From positions 48,796,001 to 48,860,000 of the forward strand of contig NC_086097.1 in assembly GCF_963921235.1 (NCBI RefSeq): a stretch of DNA of 64,000 nucleotides, written 5' to 3'. Within the stretch, counting starts at the first letter, position 1; each line of letters starts with the position of its first letter. The position numbers were made by a program, and so were the translations under genes. The notes under the pieces are model-generated. The model was not told the DNA's origin. It searched no databases and was given only the letters and a program-made list of their open reading frames with translations. This document shows, piece by piece, positions 11,872-25,394 of the stretch. Source of the DNA: Mobula hypostoma (Eukaryota).

Positions 11872-12664
11872 AAATGTCAGTAACACAGAAGAGCTAATTG
11901 TGCACTTCAGGAAGGGTAATATGAAGGAACACATACCAATTCTCATAGAGGGATCAGAAGTGAAGAGAGTGAGCACCTTCAAGTTCCTGGGTGTCAAGAT
12001 CTCTGAGGATCTAACCTGGTCCGAACATATCGACGTAGTTATAAAGAAGGCAAGACAACTTCTATACTTTATTAGGAGTTCCAAGAGATTTGGCATGTCA
12101 ACAAATCCACATAAAAACTTCTATAGTTGTACTGTGGAGAGCATTCTGACAGGCTGCATCACTGTCTGGTATGGAGGGGCTACTGCGCAGGACCGAAAAA
12201 AGCTGCAGAAGGTTGTAAGTCTAGTAAGCTCAATCTTGGGCACTAGCCTACAAAGTACCCAGGACATCTTTAGGGAGCAGCATCTCAGAAAGGCAGCGTC
12301 CATTATTAAGGACCTCCAGCACCCAGGGCATGCCCTTTTCTCACTGTTACCATCAGTTATGAGGTTCAGAAGCCTGAAGGCACATACTCAGCGATTCAGG
12401 AACAGCTTCTTCCCCTCTGCCACCCAATTCCTAAATGGACATTGAAGCTTTGGACATTACCTCACTTTTTTTTTGATATACAGTATTTCTGTTTTTGCAC
12501 ATTTTTTACGCTGTTCAGTATACATAATTCATTTGTTTATTAATTTTTTATTTTATTTATTATTATTATTCTTTGCTAGATTATGTATTGCATTGAACTG
12601 CTGCTGCTAAGTTAACAAATTTCACATCTCATGCTGGTGGTAATAAACCTAATGCTGATTCTGA
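11872..12664 (+). mobile_element. Rex1/Babar LINE, 5'-truncated (RT C-terminus + 3' UTR)
   Basis: ORF 11900-12445: FKFLGVKISEDLTWSEH...ESILTGCITVWYG...HPGHALFSLLPS...RFRNSFFP; 3' end aataaacctaatgctgattctga. Confidence 0.9.
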
Positions 12665-13267
12665 ATGATTTCACCTTCTGAGACACTAATGCCCAATTAA
12701 TCTATTAGCAATTAGCAAGCAATAAAATACTTCTAAAAAGTTAAAACTAGCTAAACTTATTAAGAAAAATTAACTAAATTGTTATCTTAGACCCTCCCTA
12801 TTAGAGTGATTTTTGGGTTTAGGTCAATTACATTTAGCAAATGCTTTTGGCTTCCGGTCTTCTGTTCCTTGAAAATGTATTGTGGATTCAGTTTGGAACA
12901 ATGGATTCCTAAAGGCTGTGGATCCCAGTTCAGATGCTGCTGGCGTCTGTGGGATGGATGCGAATCAGAAGGTGTGAAATTTGTGTGTAGCTTCAAATGA
13001 AAGCATTGGCTATACTTTGTAAATATGGAATTATCCTTTGAGTTTAGCAAATAAATATCGAGCCCCACGTTGGGCCAGCAGACCTTTCCACTGAAAGTGT
13101 CTCCGTATGATGCCTGTTGTACCTTGTTTTGTCAAAAAAAGAAACTGCTTTCTAACTACCAGTAATTCTCTCTGGTGATTTCATTTCACGCTCTCAAAAA
13201 ACAGAAAGATAAATACTATGCAGCATTACATTTATCATTTTATAAAAGTCTTCCTCAATAATGGGTA

Positions 13268-13339
13268 GACAATTTTGCTGAGTGGTGGAGCATATGCTTT
13301 GCATGTGTGAGGCCTCGGGTTCAACCCCTGGCATTTCCA
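13268..13339 (+). pseudogene. tRNA-Ala(TGC) pseudogene
   Basis: Aligns over 72 nt with vertebrate tRNA-Ala-TGC (gctgagtggtggagcatatgct-TGC-atgtgtgaggcctcgggttcaacccctggcatttcca); the 5' acceptor strand is degraded (gacaatt instead of ggggatg), so the acceptor stem cannot form. Confidence 0.8.
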
Positions 13340-13345
13340 CTCTCT

Positions 13346-13622
13346 GGCTGCCACGGTAGCATAGCGGTTAGTATGATGCTATTACAGCTTGGGGTGTTCC
13401 GGAGTTCAGAGTTCAATTCCGGAGCCTTTATGTAAGGAGTCTCTGTACGTACCCCCCCCCTAGAATGCATGGGTGTTATCCAGGTTCTCGTTTCCTCCCA
13501 ATAATTATAATAACCAATAGTTTAATTGGCTATTTTAACTTACCCAGTGATTAGGTTAGGGTTAATTGGGGGTTACTGGGGTGGTGAGTCTTAAAGGGCC
13601 AGAAGGGCCCACTCCATGCTGT
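13346..13622 (+). mobile_element. tRNA-derived V-SINE (HE1-like)
   Basis: A box (tagcatagcgg), B box (gagttcaattcc), V-domain-like tttcctccca...ttaattgg, CR1-like tail (gggccagaaggg); sister copy at 53094. Confidence 0.75.
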
Positions 13623-13990
13623 TTTGGAGTATACTCCTGAAAACCCATTTTGAACTATGTCATTGCGCACCCAATATACACCATTCAGACAATATCAAGG
13701 TATGATTTGGTGTTCACATGCCACTAATAATAACCAGATTTTAACATAATTGAAGATACAACCATTATTACAACTTTCAACCCTTGATAAACTCGATTGG
13801 CTGAGGAGTGTTCACGTGATGCTAATATCCACTGCTGGCTGACAATTGACAATGACAGTACAAGATTAATGCTGTTGGGTAATAAAAATCAGATGTTTGG
13901 TTCTGAAAGTTGTAAAGGCTTAACCAGATTGATCAGAATGCAGAGCAAATTTCACTTCATTCTGAAAGTAACATTAACTAACAGTATATA

Positions 13991-14275
13991 AAAATTCAAC
14001 TTTATCATCACTGATGTACGTTGTGAAATTTGATGTTTTGCAGCAGTAGTACTGTGTAATATGTAAAGAAATACTATAAGTTACCATACGAAATAGATAA
14101 AAAAATACGTAGTACAAAAAGAGAGCCAACTAGGGAGATAGTGTTCATGGGTTCATGAATAGTTCAGAAATCTGTTGGCAGAAGGAAAGAAACGGATTCT
14201 AAAACATTGAATGTATGTCTTTAGACTCCCCTACCTTCCTCCTGATGGTAGTAATGAGAAGTGGGCTTGTCCCTT
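13991..14275 (-). mobile_element. Rex1/Babar 3' end, diverged
   Basis: Reverse complement of the Rex 3' UTR (gtgaaatttgatgttttgcagcagtagtac) and of the LFSLLPSGR remnant. Confidence 0.65.
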
Positions 14276-17200
14276 CCTGAAGACCACAATCATTTCATTG
14301 ATATTCACTGCAGCTTTGAAATCCTTTTTTCTTTAGGTTTGATTTCATGAAATGGATATTTTATTATCTATTATAGTTTCAGCTATTTGCAAGAACACAT
14401 TGATAACAGGAGAAAAGAAGAACTCTTAAGCAAGCCCATTGCTCTACAATAATTGTGCTCATTCAGTGATGGGACAAGCCAAACTGAGTGAACTATAAGG
14501 AATATTAAAGTGAACTATACTTTGCTGTCTAAACTGGAAAGATTAAAGCCAAACTTAAAGCCAAATATGTGCAATTCTCAAGTATATAAAAATAAAGAGA
14601 AGATATAATGAAATGACTACTGAATTACATGCTAAGAAAGAATTATAGGATATCAAGTGGAAATTTGCCACATGTATATTTAAAGTATAAACAAAACCTC
14701 ACAGACAATAATCAATGTTTCTCAAAATGCGTTAGCTTTTCTGGTAGGAAAGTTAATATGAAAGGAGAATTGCAGAAAAAATTAATACATTACATTTTGT
14801 GTGGTAGTGATTCTTCTAATTAAATTACTGTCAAAAACGGTGCCAGGAAACTTGCTAGATACCTTGAAATACTCCCGTCTGCTTAGCTAAGCAGAAATGT
14901 GCTTTTTTCAATTGGGGAAGGCCAAATCAAGTTTTTAGATAACTATGAATGCAAGAGAATAAACTTGCCCCAAATGTTTGATCACACTTTAATTTGTTTG
15001 ATTTTAATAAAAATTGTAATCCTAGAAGGTAAACCACTGCATTGACCATACTGATATCATTGTTTGCCAAAGTTTTCAATAATCTTTTTTTTCCTTTTGA
15101 CAATATTCTCCCCAGCCCCACATGAATGCAGATGTCTTGAACTGTATGATTCGGTTCACCAGGGATTTCCTTAACGTACTTTGCCCCTGCACTCAGTGTG
15201 GAATCCAATGACTTGTGACCCTTCTGGAGAGTTTAAACTTACCAGGAAGAAAAGTTAAAAAATATTAAGATTGTTTTTAATTATTTAGAACAGAGAATAG
15301 GCCATTCAGACCAACTCCTCAATGCTGACCAGTGAACATTCTTCCATATTAACCCTGTTTTTGTTCTTATTTATTTCATTTTTAATAGTCTTTAGGTGTT
15401 CATGAATCATAGTGGTAAAGACAAGACAATTGTATCATATTGATGTAAAGGTATAGATTAGACAGTAATCCCTCTCTGCAAAATCCAGATCAGTTTTAGA
15501 AACCTACTGGAAGCCAAGGTGCAGATCATCATTAGGGTTACAGAAGTCAACTCAGATTGTGAATTCCTCATAATGAAACAAATTTGTCAGGTGAGATCCT
15601 TTCGATGTATCTGTGTTGGCTGGTGTTCTTTAGATTGTTACTGTACACAAGACTGTCAAGTTATTCCATTCAATTCCATCATTTTATAGAGATTTAGGGT
15701 TAAACTAACAGGTTTCTATCTACTGGTAGTTAATTTATTACTCTTATGAATACCACTCTGTATTAAATTATTTCTAAGCTACTAGTAATTTTAGTGACCA
15801 TATGTTAGGAAAGATGGTTGAAAAGTTGATAATTTTCTTGTCAAGATAAAGCCAGTGATGATGCACATGAACCTGTCAGAACAGTTTGTACCAGATATGT
15901 ATTTCATCTGCCAAGGTGGATGGAGGAAGGGTTCAGATTTCATTCCATTGCATAAATGATGCTTGCTGTCAAATTGTGAATGTTTTTAACATGATGCTGA
16001 ATTAATGATCAAACTGAAGTTCAAATAATTAAAAGAGCGATCGAACCATCTATACCTAACACCACACTTGACACAGGGTTACCAGTTGCGATAATTGCAA
16101 TATTGGCAGATGGGCACAGAACCATGTGTGCACAAGTTAAACGAAGAATATTTGTCCTGCTCCACCCTAAGCAACCATGATATCAGTAATAAAAAATCAT
16201 ATTATTACTGGAGCTGTTCCACTACTTGACAATGAATTGAGGTGGTCTACTCACCCCCATACATATCTAAAGCTATTGTGGAGAGTCAAACTCACTGACC
16301 CTCTGTTACCCCAATTCAGGCAGTAAGGTCCAGACAGGTACCCCTCCCTTGAACACTCATAGTCTGGACAGAAATCAAAGCTGAGGGCAGAGCTTTGCCT
16401 TCTGTTAAAGATACCATGTTCAAAGAAAGTCACAACAATTAAATTTGAATTAAAAATTGAAATATTAGTCAAGTTAAATCATGAAGCCACTTAGAAATAT
16501 GGAAAGAATGTTAAAGCAGAAGTATTGTTTTTTTTTTACTGTACTTTCTTTTCCTATTATTCTGCAGGGAATGACTTACAATGGAGATCAATGGTTTCCG
16601 ATCCTGCTCATGGTTTGTCACAGGAGCTGACAGATATTACCTCAGTCTAGTGCTGGGTGGTTAACTGGACCCTGTAGGCGATCCAGCTATGGAGTGTGGC
16701 GACAGTTTCACACCCACTTTCATAGCTCTCAATATGTTCTGAACTGCCAGTTGGACCTGCGTGAGTTTGAATAGTTAACCCTGGAGGCTTGTTTCAGCCT
16801 GTCAACTACAGCCAATGTGATGTGGACTATTATGTTTCTCCTCACTTTGCTTAATTCTCCTGGAGTTCCTCCGCCTTTCCAACAAGCTGCTGGCCAGATT
16901 ACTCTGACAGATGAGGCAAAATGCTCTAAAGAAAAAAAAGTTCAAGTTCATTATGTACAAAGACAAGGGGTAGGAATCTTAGTCACTTGTTAATTACAAG
17001 AGCAATATTAGTATTGCAAAGGATATGAAATCTCAATGTTTTCCGGAATGGTAACATCACACTTCAGGTAGCTGAACAGGAGAATACAGAGTGAAAAGCT
17101 CATATGGGTTGTTGTTAGCCAGAATCAGCAATAAGTGGTGAGCTAAATATCAGGTATGAAATAACTTGTGAACATCCTTAAAGAAACATTATCAAGTGAC

Positions 17201-17999
17201 TTCTATACAGTCTCTGTGAATTAGAACATTTTCCAGTAATTAATCCACAAATTTATTTTACTTTGTGTACCTGAAAACAGCACAAAAATCTTGAATGTTT
17301 ACAGTGATTTATTTGCTTTGGTAAATTATCTGAGTTCGGATTATTTCTGATTTATTCATAAGGCTGAAATGTCGCTGGGCCAGAACAACCAGTGTATGAT
17401 GTAGGCTCCTCTCAGCTGAAAACTGGTTAGAGACCTGTGAAGGTCAGTCCAAGCACCTGCTCTTTCAGTGTGTGGACTTTTGGATGGGGCAGCTCCATCA
17501 AATGAAGAAGTGCAAGGGAGTTCTCCTTGTAGAGGAGGAAGCTGGTGAGGTGAGAGGTGAACACTAATGCATAGAGTCACTTCTCCCAATCCCTCCTGGT
17601 TCCATCTGCACATCATCCCCTCCCAGTCTGGTTTAATTTATCACTTACCAGCCTCTATGCACCACAACCTCACTCATACTGCTATTTACTATGGATCTTT
17701 CCTCTTTCCTCTCAGTCCTGATTCAGCCTTAATCCATAATGTCAATTTACGCATTGTGTCTGCTTGATTCACTGCTGTTGTTCTTCCAACATCGTTTGCA
17801 CCAGATTCCTTGTCTTCATACCATGACATATCCCAAGATGACGAAATATTATCATTACTAGTTACTTCTATTTTATGAGAACTTTATATGAATATCGTCT
17901 TTTTTTCTTGAACTATGTGTTTCTTTCCTCTTCTTTCTGTTAGGGGTAATCTCAAACACATGGATTTTGCCTCTTCAAAGTGTAATCTGGCAGCAGTTG

Positions 18000-18576
18000 T
18001 TGACTATACTTCATTAGGAGATTGAAGAAATTTGGTGTGTCAAAAGCCACTATAGATGTACCATGGAGAGCATTCTGACAGGCTGCATCACCGTCTGGTA
18101 TGTGGGGGCTACTGCACAGGACTGAAAGAAGCTGCAGAGGGTTGTAAATTTAGTCGGTTCCATCTTGGGTACTAACCCACAAAGTACTTGGGACATCTTC
18201 AAGGAGTGGTGTCTCAGAAAGGCAATGCCCAATATTAAGGACCTCCAGCACCCAGGGCATGTCCTTTTCTCATTGTTACCATCAGGTAGGAGGTACAGAA
18301 GCCTGAAGGCAAACACTCAGTGATTCAGGAACAGCTTCTTCCTCTCTGCCATATGTTTCTTAAATGGACATTGAACACTTTAACACTACCTCACTTTTAA
18401 AATACAAATTATTTCAGTTTTTTGCATGATTTTTAATCTATTCAATGTGTATACTGTAATTGATTTACTTATTATATTTTGTTGTTTGTCTTCTATATCA
18501 CGTATTGCATTGAACTACTGCTGCTAAGTTAACAAATTTCAAATCATATGCCAGTGATAATAAAAATGATTCTGAC
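18000..18576 (+). mobile_element. Rex1/Babar 3' fragment
   Basis: Close to 12060-12664 and 55010-55704. Confidence 0.85.
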
Positions 18577-20550
18577 TGGATATTTTACCACAGAAGATGT
18601 TCATTCATCCTACTGTAAATGCTGACAGAATTGGGGTTTCACCTGCCTTTCCTGTGTCTCTCTACAGACCCCACCTATAGGTATAGGTATGGGTATAATT
18701 AGGGAGTAAAGTCACATGCCGCACCAAATCTTAAAAACATCAGTGAGACATTTCCTGGTGTAAAGTGACACTTTATCACACAAACTGCAAAATGGTGCAG
18801 TACCTATTGAGATTCAACATGAATATGAATGCAGAACCATGGCCATGAGAATGCTATTACTAACAACAATGAAGTATACAATTCTTGTCACAGCCTACAT
18901 TCTCATGAAAAATCATTATAATTTTCTTAAAGTATTACCTTTTAAATATTACCTCCATATCCTTAAGTATGCATTCTATTTGCTGTCTGTAGGATTTTCC
19001 ACAAAGCTGTTGACCAAACAGTTACAACATAAATATTGTAAACAATATTTATACATTGACTGTGCCCCAAGGAACAATTTGGGAACTCCAGTCATATTAC
19101 TTCTTGACAGGATTATTTTCATTGGCCATCAGAGTGCTAAGTGTGGCCCCTTCACTGCGATATCTCTTCATTCAAACTGTGAAAGTAAAGCAGAGAATGA
19201 AAATTTAAACATTACCAAAATGACTTTCGGAGCCATACACAAAAACAAAAAAAACTGAAAATTATTACTCCATGAGCCACATTCAGATCCAATATCATCC
19301 ACTTCTTGATTACCCCACATGAAGAGAGGTAAAAATTCTTTTTCATATCTTTTCCTTCACTTTGGTTCTTCCTGGGACTCAGCAGTTTAAATTCATGGCC
19401 ACAAGACAATAGACAGAAATGATCAAGAAGATTACAAGTTCAAGGATTGCTCTCTGTAAGATTAGAGAGGATAGTGGTGATGTTGACATCTCATTGATGG
19501 AGGGGAGCAAAAAGGCATCAAATGTGGATTCAGTTCATCCCAGCTGATTGATAAATTACTAGAACAACAGATTAACATTCTCCTTTGTGTTCCCTCTGTG
19601 TTTCTAGTTGCACAGACTCAGACATAGTCAGTACTTGCTTGGGAGACCACTTGGGACTACTAACTGTGGCAGATGTGTTTCCTGAAGAGATATATGATGA
19701 GCCAACCAGCCACTCAACTCAGCTCAGAGAATATTTGAGTAATGCTGAATATGTTTCAAAAGGATTGGGAACAGGAAACAGCTATTACCCCTGCTCTGGT
19801 GGTGTTTCCAAGAAAGTAGTTTGCAGGAGCGCCAAATGAGCTTGGTTTGACCTTTGCTGTGTTCTTGTTCTGGGCAATGGCACAAGACTGGCAAAAATCA
19901 ATTGGGAACCCAGTAGGCTGCTTCTCCATTGAAGTGAATTTAAAAAGTTTTTGAATTTCACAGCTGCACCATATGTACAAATTCCCAAGATGAATTGTTT
20001 CGCTGTGATATCTTTCACTATCAAACTGTCTCTACTTAGGCTTGCATGTCAAGAACGGCAAAAATGAGACACTAGTAATCTGCTGGCAGTGTCAGTCCCT
20101 ATTACACAATGTTTTGCATAAGAGGGAACGTCTATAAAAAATTCTTCAATAACTTCCTTAAACATCAAGTTTTTTTAAAACATTGAAACACTGAAAAGGA
20201 TCTAGGATCTGCATGATAGACAGTTACCTTTCATTTGAATTCCCTTCTCTATAGGACACCATATTAAAACCCTCTGCCACGCTAATGTGTCTATCCTCTG
20301 AAGCTTCTCTGTGCATTCCCTAATAATTGACAGGTGGTAAGAAATTGAAACAGATTTACATGCCTTTCAAAGTTGCAGAACAGTCTCCTAATTTTTCAGA
20401 AGAACAAAGAGAGGAGAATTCAATAAAATAGGAAGTTGTCTGAGTTAACAGCATCAGAGACTCTTACGTCCTATGTTAGCGTTCTGCAACTTGCAGTTTG
20501 CCAAGTGAGAGGAAATACTCGTCGTTAGTGCTTGTCATCTCCTGACTGAT

Positions 20551-21391
20551 CATGCACTTTGGCAGTAGAAATAAATGTGCGGACTATTTTCTAAATGAGG
20601 AGAAAATCCAGGAATCTGAGATACAGAGGGACTTGGGAGTCCTTGAGCAGAACAGCCTGAAGGTTAACTTGCAGGTTAAGTCGATGATGTGGAAGGCAAA
20701 TGCCATGTTAGCATTCATTTCAAGAGGTCTAGAATTGATGCACCTTCAATTACTCCAAAAGACTGAAGTAGGGTAAATACTGAAAGGCTTTTATTCACAG
20801 TTAAATTTGACTCCCAGCATGCTGAGTGTCTGCTCCTGGACTGAGGAGGAGGAGCAGGGCGAAATCGGCAGTCAGCAGAGGGGCGTGTCCAGGCAGTTAA
20901 CCCAGTTATAACATAGATATATATGGTTTACCACAAGAATACAAGAGCAAGGATGCCTCTCCTTGAGTATTGTGAAAGTTTTGGGCCCCTCATCTTAGAA
21001 AAGATGTTCTGGCGTTGGCAGAGGAGGTTCACAAGGATAATTCCAGGAATTATTACACGAGGAATGTTTGATGGCTCTGAGTCTGTACTCGCTGGAATTC
21101 AGAAGGATGGGGGGGGGGGTCTCATTGAAACCTTTTGAATGTTGAAAGGCCTAGACAGAGTAGAGGTGGAAAGGATGTTTCCCATGGTGGGAGAGTCTAG
21201 GATCAAGAGGGCAAAGCCTCAGGATAGAGGGGCGCCCTTTCAAAACAGAGATGCAAATAAATTTCTTTAGCCAAAGGGTGGTGAATTTGTGGAATTTGTT
21301 GCCACATGCAGCTGTGGAGGCCAGGTCGTTGGGTGTATTTAAGGCAGAGATTGATAGGTTCTTGATTGGACATGGCATCAAAGGTTACGGG
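20551..21391 (+). mobile_element. CR1 LINE (second family) 3' part, host to a solo LTR and a long CR1; its tail resumes at 25395-25517
   Basis: HFG..N...QRDLGVL...KANAMLAFISRGLE; aaggttacggg at 21391 continues as agaaggccaggaactgggg at 25395. Confidence 0.85.
20736..20935 (-). mobile_element. Solo LTR (200 bp)
   Basis: TG...CA ends; perfect 5-bp TSD agaat (20731-20735 and 20936-20940); AATAAA on the minus strand. Confidence 0.85.
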
Positions 21392-21492
21392 AAATGAGTG
21401 GCCCAGTGAAGGAGTGGAGCTTTGAGGCTTTGACTGGAGAGGCTTTGACGAGAAGGGGCGGAGGATAAGCTTGTTCCCAGTTAGTCTTTACA

Positions 21493-22423
21493 ATGCCTCC
21501 TGAGACGGTAATGTGCCTCTCATGGCAGTCTTGGAGGAACTCCCCTCTCCCGCCGAATCACATCTGCCAGAAGTGCATGTGGCTGGGCGATCTGGAAGAC
21601 CATATAAGGAATTTGGAGCAGCAGCTGGATGACCTTCGACTCATAAGGGAGAATGAGGCAGTCATAGATGAGAGCTACAGGGAGGTAGTCACACCTAGGT
21701 TGCCAGAAGTGGGTCATTGGGTGACAGTCAGAGGGGGGAAAGCAAAGGTGAATAGACAGGTAGTGCAGAGCACCCCTGTAGCCATTCCCCTGAATAATAA
21801 GTTTACCGTCCTGGACTGTTGGTGGGGACGACCGACCAGGTGTGAGCCACGGTGGCAGGGCCTCCGGCACTGATTCTGACCCTGTGGTGCAGAAGGGTGG
21901 GACAGAGAAGGGAAGAGCTGTCGTCATTGGAGACTCTATAGTCAGGGGAGCAGACAGGAGATTTTGTGGATGTGAGAAGGACAGCCGCATGGTTTGTTGC
22001 CTCCCAAGTGCCAGGGTCCAGGATGTCTCTGACCGGGTGCATGACATCTTGGTACGAGAGGGAAAGCAACCAGAAGTTGTGATACATGTTGGCACCAATG
22101 ACAGAGGCAGAAAGAGGGATGAGGTCCTGAAGAGTGAGTTTTGTGAACTAGGCAGAAGGCTGAAGAACAGGACCTCAAGGGTGGCGTTCTCAGGATTGCT
22201 GCCAGTGCTACGTGATAGTGATGGTAAGAATTGGAGAAGATGGCAGTTGAATGCGTGGCTGAGGAGTTGGTGCAGGGGGCAGGGTTTTAGATTTTTAGAT
22301 CATTGGGATCTCTTCTGGGGAAGGTGGGACCTGTACAGATTGGATGGGTTGCACCTGATCTCAAGGGGGAGCAATATCCTTGCCGGTAGGTTTGCTAGCA
22401 TGGTTTGGGAGGGTTTAAACTAA
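21493..22423 (+). pseudogene. CR1 ORF1 (Zn-finger-like N-terminus, coiled coil, SGNH esterase), one frameshift near 21820-21840
   Basis: HICQKC, LEDHIRNLEQQLDDL heptads, VVIGDSIVRG, HVGTND and DGLHL esterase blocks. Confidence 0.85.
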
Positions 22424-22549
22424 TTTGCAGGGGGGATGGGACCCAGAGCGATAGAGCAGTGAAAGAAGTGCATTTAGTAAAGCCAGATCTAACATATAGA
22501 GAGGCTTTGAGGAAAGAGAAGCAGAATAAAGGGTGTAAAGGTAGAAGAG

Positions 22550-25320
22550 CTAAAGTGCGTGTACTTCAATGCAAGAAGCAGCAGAAACAAAGGTGATGAA
22601 CTGAGAGCTTGCATACATACATGGAATTATGATGTAGTGGCCATTACAGAGACTTGGCTGGCACCAGGGCAGGAATGGATTCTCAATATTCCTGGATTTC
22701 AGTGCTTTAAAAGGGATAGAGAGGGGGGAAAAAGGGAGGAGGGGTGGCATTACTGGTCAGGGATACTATTACAGCTACAAAAAGGGTGGGTAATGTAGCA
22801 GGAACCTCTTGAGTCAGTATGGGTGGAAGTCAGGAACAGGAAGGGAGCAGTTACTCTATTGGGAGTATTCTATAGGCCCCCTGATAGCAGCAGAGGTACC
22901 GAGGAGCAGATTGGGAGGCAGATTTGGAAAGATGCAAAAATAACAGGTTTGTTATCATGGGTGACTTTAACTTCCCTAATATTGATTGGCACCTGATTAG
23001 TTCCAAGGGTTTAGATGGGGCAGAGTTTGTTAAGTGTGTCCAGGACAGATTCCTGTCACAGTATGTTGACAGGCCGACTAGGGGGAATGCTGTACTAGAT
23101 CTAGTATTAGGTAACGAATCAGGGCAGGTCACAGATCTCTCAGTGAGTGAGCATCTGGGGGACAGTGGCCACCGCTCTCTGGCCTTTAGCATTATCGTGG
23201 AAAAGGATAGAATCAGAGAGGACAGGAAAACTTTTAATTGGGGAAAGGCAAATTATGAGGCTATAAGGCTAGAACTTGTGGGTGTGAATTAGGATGATGT
23301 TTTTGCAGGGAAATGTACTATGGACATGTGGTCAATGTTTAGAGATCTCTTGCAGGATGTTAGGGATAAATTTGTCCCGGTGAGGAAGATAAAGAATGGT
23401 AGGGTGAAGGAACCATGGATGACAAGTGAGGTGGAAAATCCAGTCAGGTGGAAGAAGGCAACATACATGAGGTTTAGGAAGCAAGGATCAGATGGGTCTA
23501 TTGAGAAATACAGGGTAGCAAGAAAGCAGCTTAAGAAGGGGTTGAGAAGAGCAAGAAGGGGGCATGAGCAGGCCTTGGCGAGTAGGGTAAAGGAAAACCC
23601 CAGGGCATTCTTTAATTATGTGAAGAACAAAACGATGACAGGAGTGAAGGTAGGACCAATTAGAGATAAAGGTGGGAAGGTGTGCCTGGAGGCTGTGGAA
23701 GTGAGTGAGGTCCTCAATGAATACTTCTCTTCAGTATTCACCAATGAGAGGGAACTTGATGACAGTGAGGACAATATGAGTGAGGTTGATGTTCTGGAAC
23801 ATGTTGGTATTAAGGGAGAGGAGATGTTGGAGTTATTAAAATACATTAGGACCAATAAGTCCCCGGGGCCTGACGGAATATTCCCCAGGCTTCTCCATGA
23901 GGCGAGGGAAGAGATTGCTGAGCCTCTGGCTAGGATTTTATGTCCTCGATGTTCACGGGAGTGGTACCGGAGGATTAGAGGGAGGCAAATGTTGTTCCCT
24001 TGTTCAAAAAAGGTAGTAGGGATAGTCTGAGTAATTACAGACCAGTGAGCCTTACGTCTGTGGCGGGAAAGCTGTTGGAAAAGATTCTTAGAGATAGGAT
24101 CTATGGGCATTTAGAGAATCATGGTCTGATCAGGGACTGTCAGCATGGCTTTGTGAAGGGCAGATCATGTCTAACAAGCCTGATAGAGTTCTTTGAGAAG
24201 GTGACCAGGCATATAGATGAGGGTAGTGCAGTGGATGTAATCTATATGGATTTTAGTAAGGCATTTGACAAGGTTCCACACGGTAGGCTTATTCAGAAAG
24301 TCAGAAGACATGGGTTCCAGGGAAGTTTGGCCAGGTGGATTCAGAATTGGCTTGCCTGCAGAAGGCAAAGGTTTGTGGTGGAGGAAGTACATTCGGATTG
24401 GAGGATTGTGACTAGTGGTATCCCACATGGATCGGTTCTGGGACCTCTACTTTTCGTGATTTTTATTAACGACCTGGATGTGGGGGTAGAAGGGTGGGTT
24501 GGCAAGTTTGCAGACGACACAAAGGTTGGTGGTGTTGTAAATAGTGTAGAGGATTATCGAAGATTGCAGAGAGGCATTGATAGGTTGCAGAAGTGGGTTG
24601 AGAAGTGGCAGATGGAGTTCAACCCGGAGAAGTGTGAGGTGGTACACTTTGGAAGGACAAACTCCAAGGCAGAGTACAAAGTAAATGGCAGGATACTTGG
24701 TAATGTGGAGGAGCAGAGGGATCTGCGGGTACATGTCCACAGATCCCTGAAAGTTGCCTCAGAGGTGGATAGGGTAGTTAAGAAAGCTTATGGGGTGTTA
24801 GCTTTCATAAGTCGAGGGATAGAGTTTAAGTGTCGTGAGGTAATGATGCAGCTCTATAAAACTCTGGTTAGGTCACACTTGGAGTACTGTGTCCAGTTCT
24901 GGTCGCCTCACTATAGGAAGGATGTGGAAGCATTGGAAAGGGTACAGAGGAGATTTACCAGGATGCTGCCTGGTTTAGGGAGAATGCATTATGATCAGAG
25001 ATTAAGGGAGCTAGGGCTTTACTCTTTGGAGAGAAGGAGGATGAGAGGAGACATGATAGAGGTATACAAGATACTAAGAGGAATAGATAGAGTGGATAGC
25101 CAGCGCCTCTTCCCCAGGGCACCACTGCTCAATAGAAGAGGGCATGGCTTTAAGGTAATGGGTGGGAAGTTCAAGGGGGATATTAGAGGAAGGTTTTTTA
25201 CTCAGAGAGTGATTGGTGCGTGGAATGCGCTGCCTGAGTCAGTGGTGGAGGCAGATACACTAGTGAAGTTTAAGAGACTACTAGACAGGTATATGGAGGA
25301 ATTTAAGGTGTGGGGTTATA
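22550..25320 (+). pseudogene. CR1 ORF2 (APE endonuclease + reverse transcriptase), disrupted
   Basis: YFNARS, VAITETWL, MGDFNFP, LDLVL, NYRPVSLTS, QHGFVKG, DFSKAFD, GSVLGP, KFADDT; split over ORFs starting 22559, 22924, 23320 and 24000. Confidence 0.9.
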
Positions 25321-25394
25321 TGGGAGGCAGGGTTTTTGGGTCGGCACAACAATGTGGGCTGAAGGGCCTGTACTTTGCTGTACTATTCTACGTA

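Larger units (their letters stand above)
21392..25394 (+). mobile_element. Near full-length CR1 LINE, inactivated
   Basis: Short 5' UTR, ORF1, ORF2 (APE + RT with FADD) and 3' UTR in order; several stops and frameshifts. Confidence 0.95.

Noticed and set aside
13268..13339. Functional tRNA-Ala gene
   Set aside because: Acceptor stem cannot pair, the A box is altered and no terminator follows; called a pseudogene
18839..20024. ORFs of 65-139 aa, and an acceptor-like tract before 19609
   Set aside because: No recognisable domain and no matching donor; lengths are compatible with chance
23616..24740. Minus-strand ORFs over the long CR1, and similar ones at 21520-22098, 44720-45292 and 54812-55339
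   Set aside because: Antisense shadows of LINE ORFs with no independent coding signal
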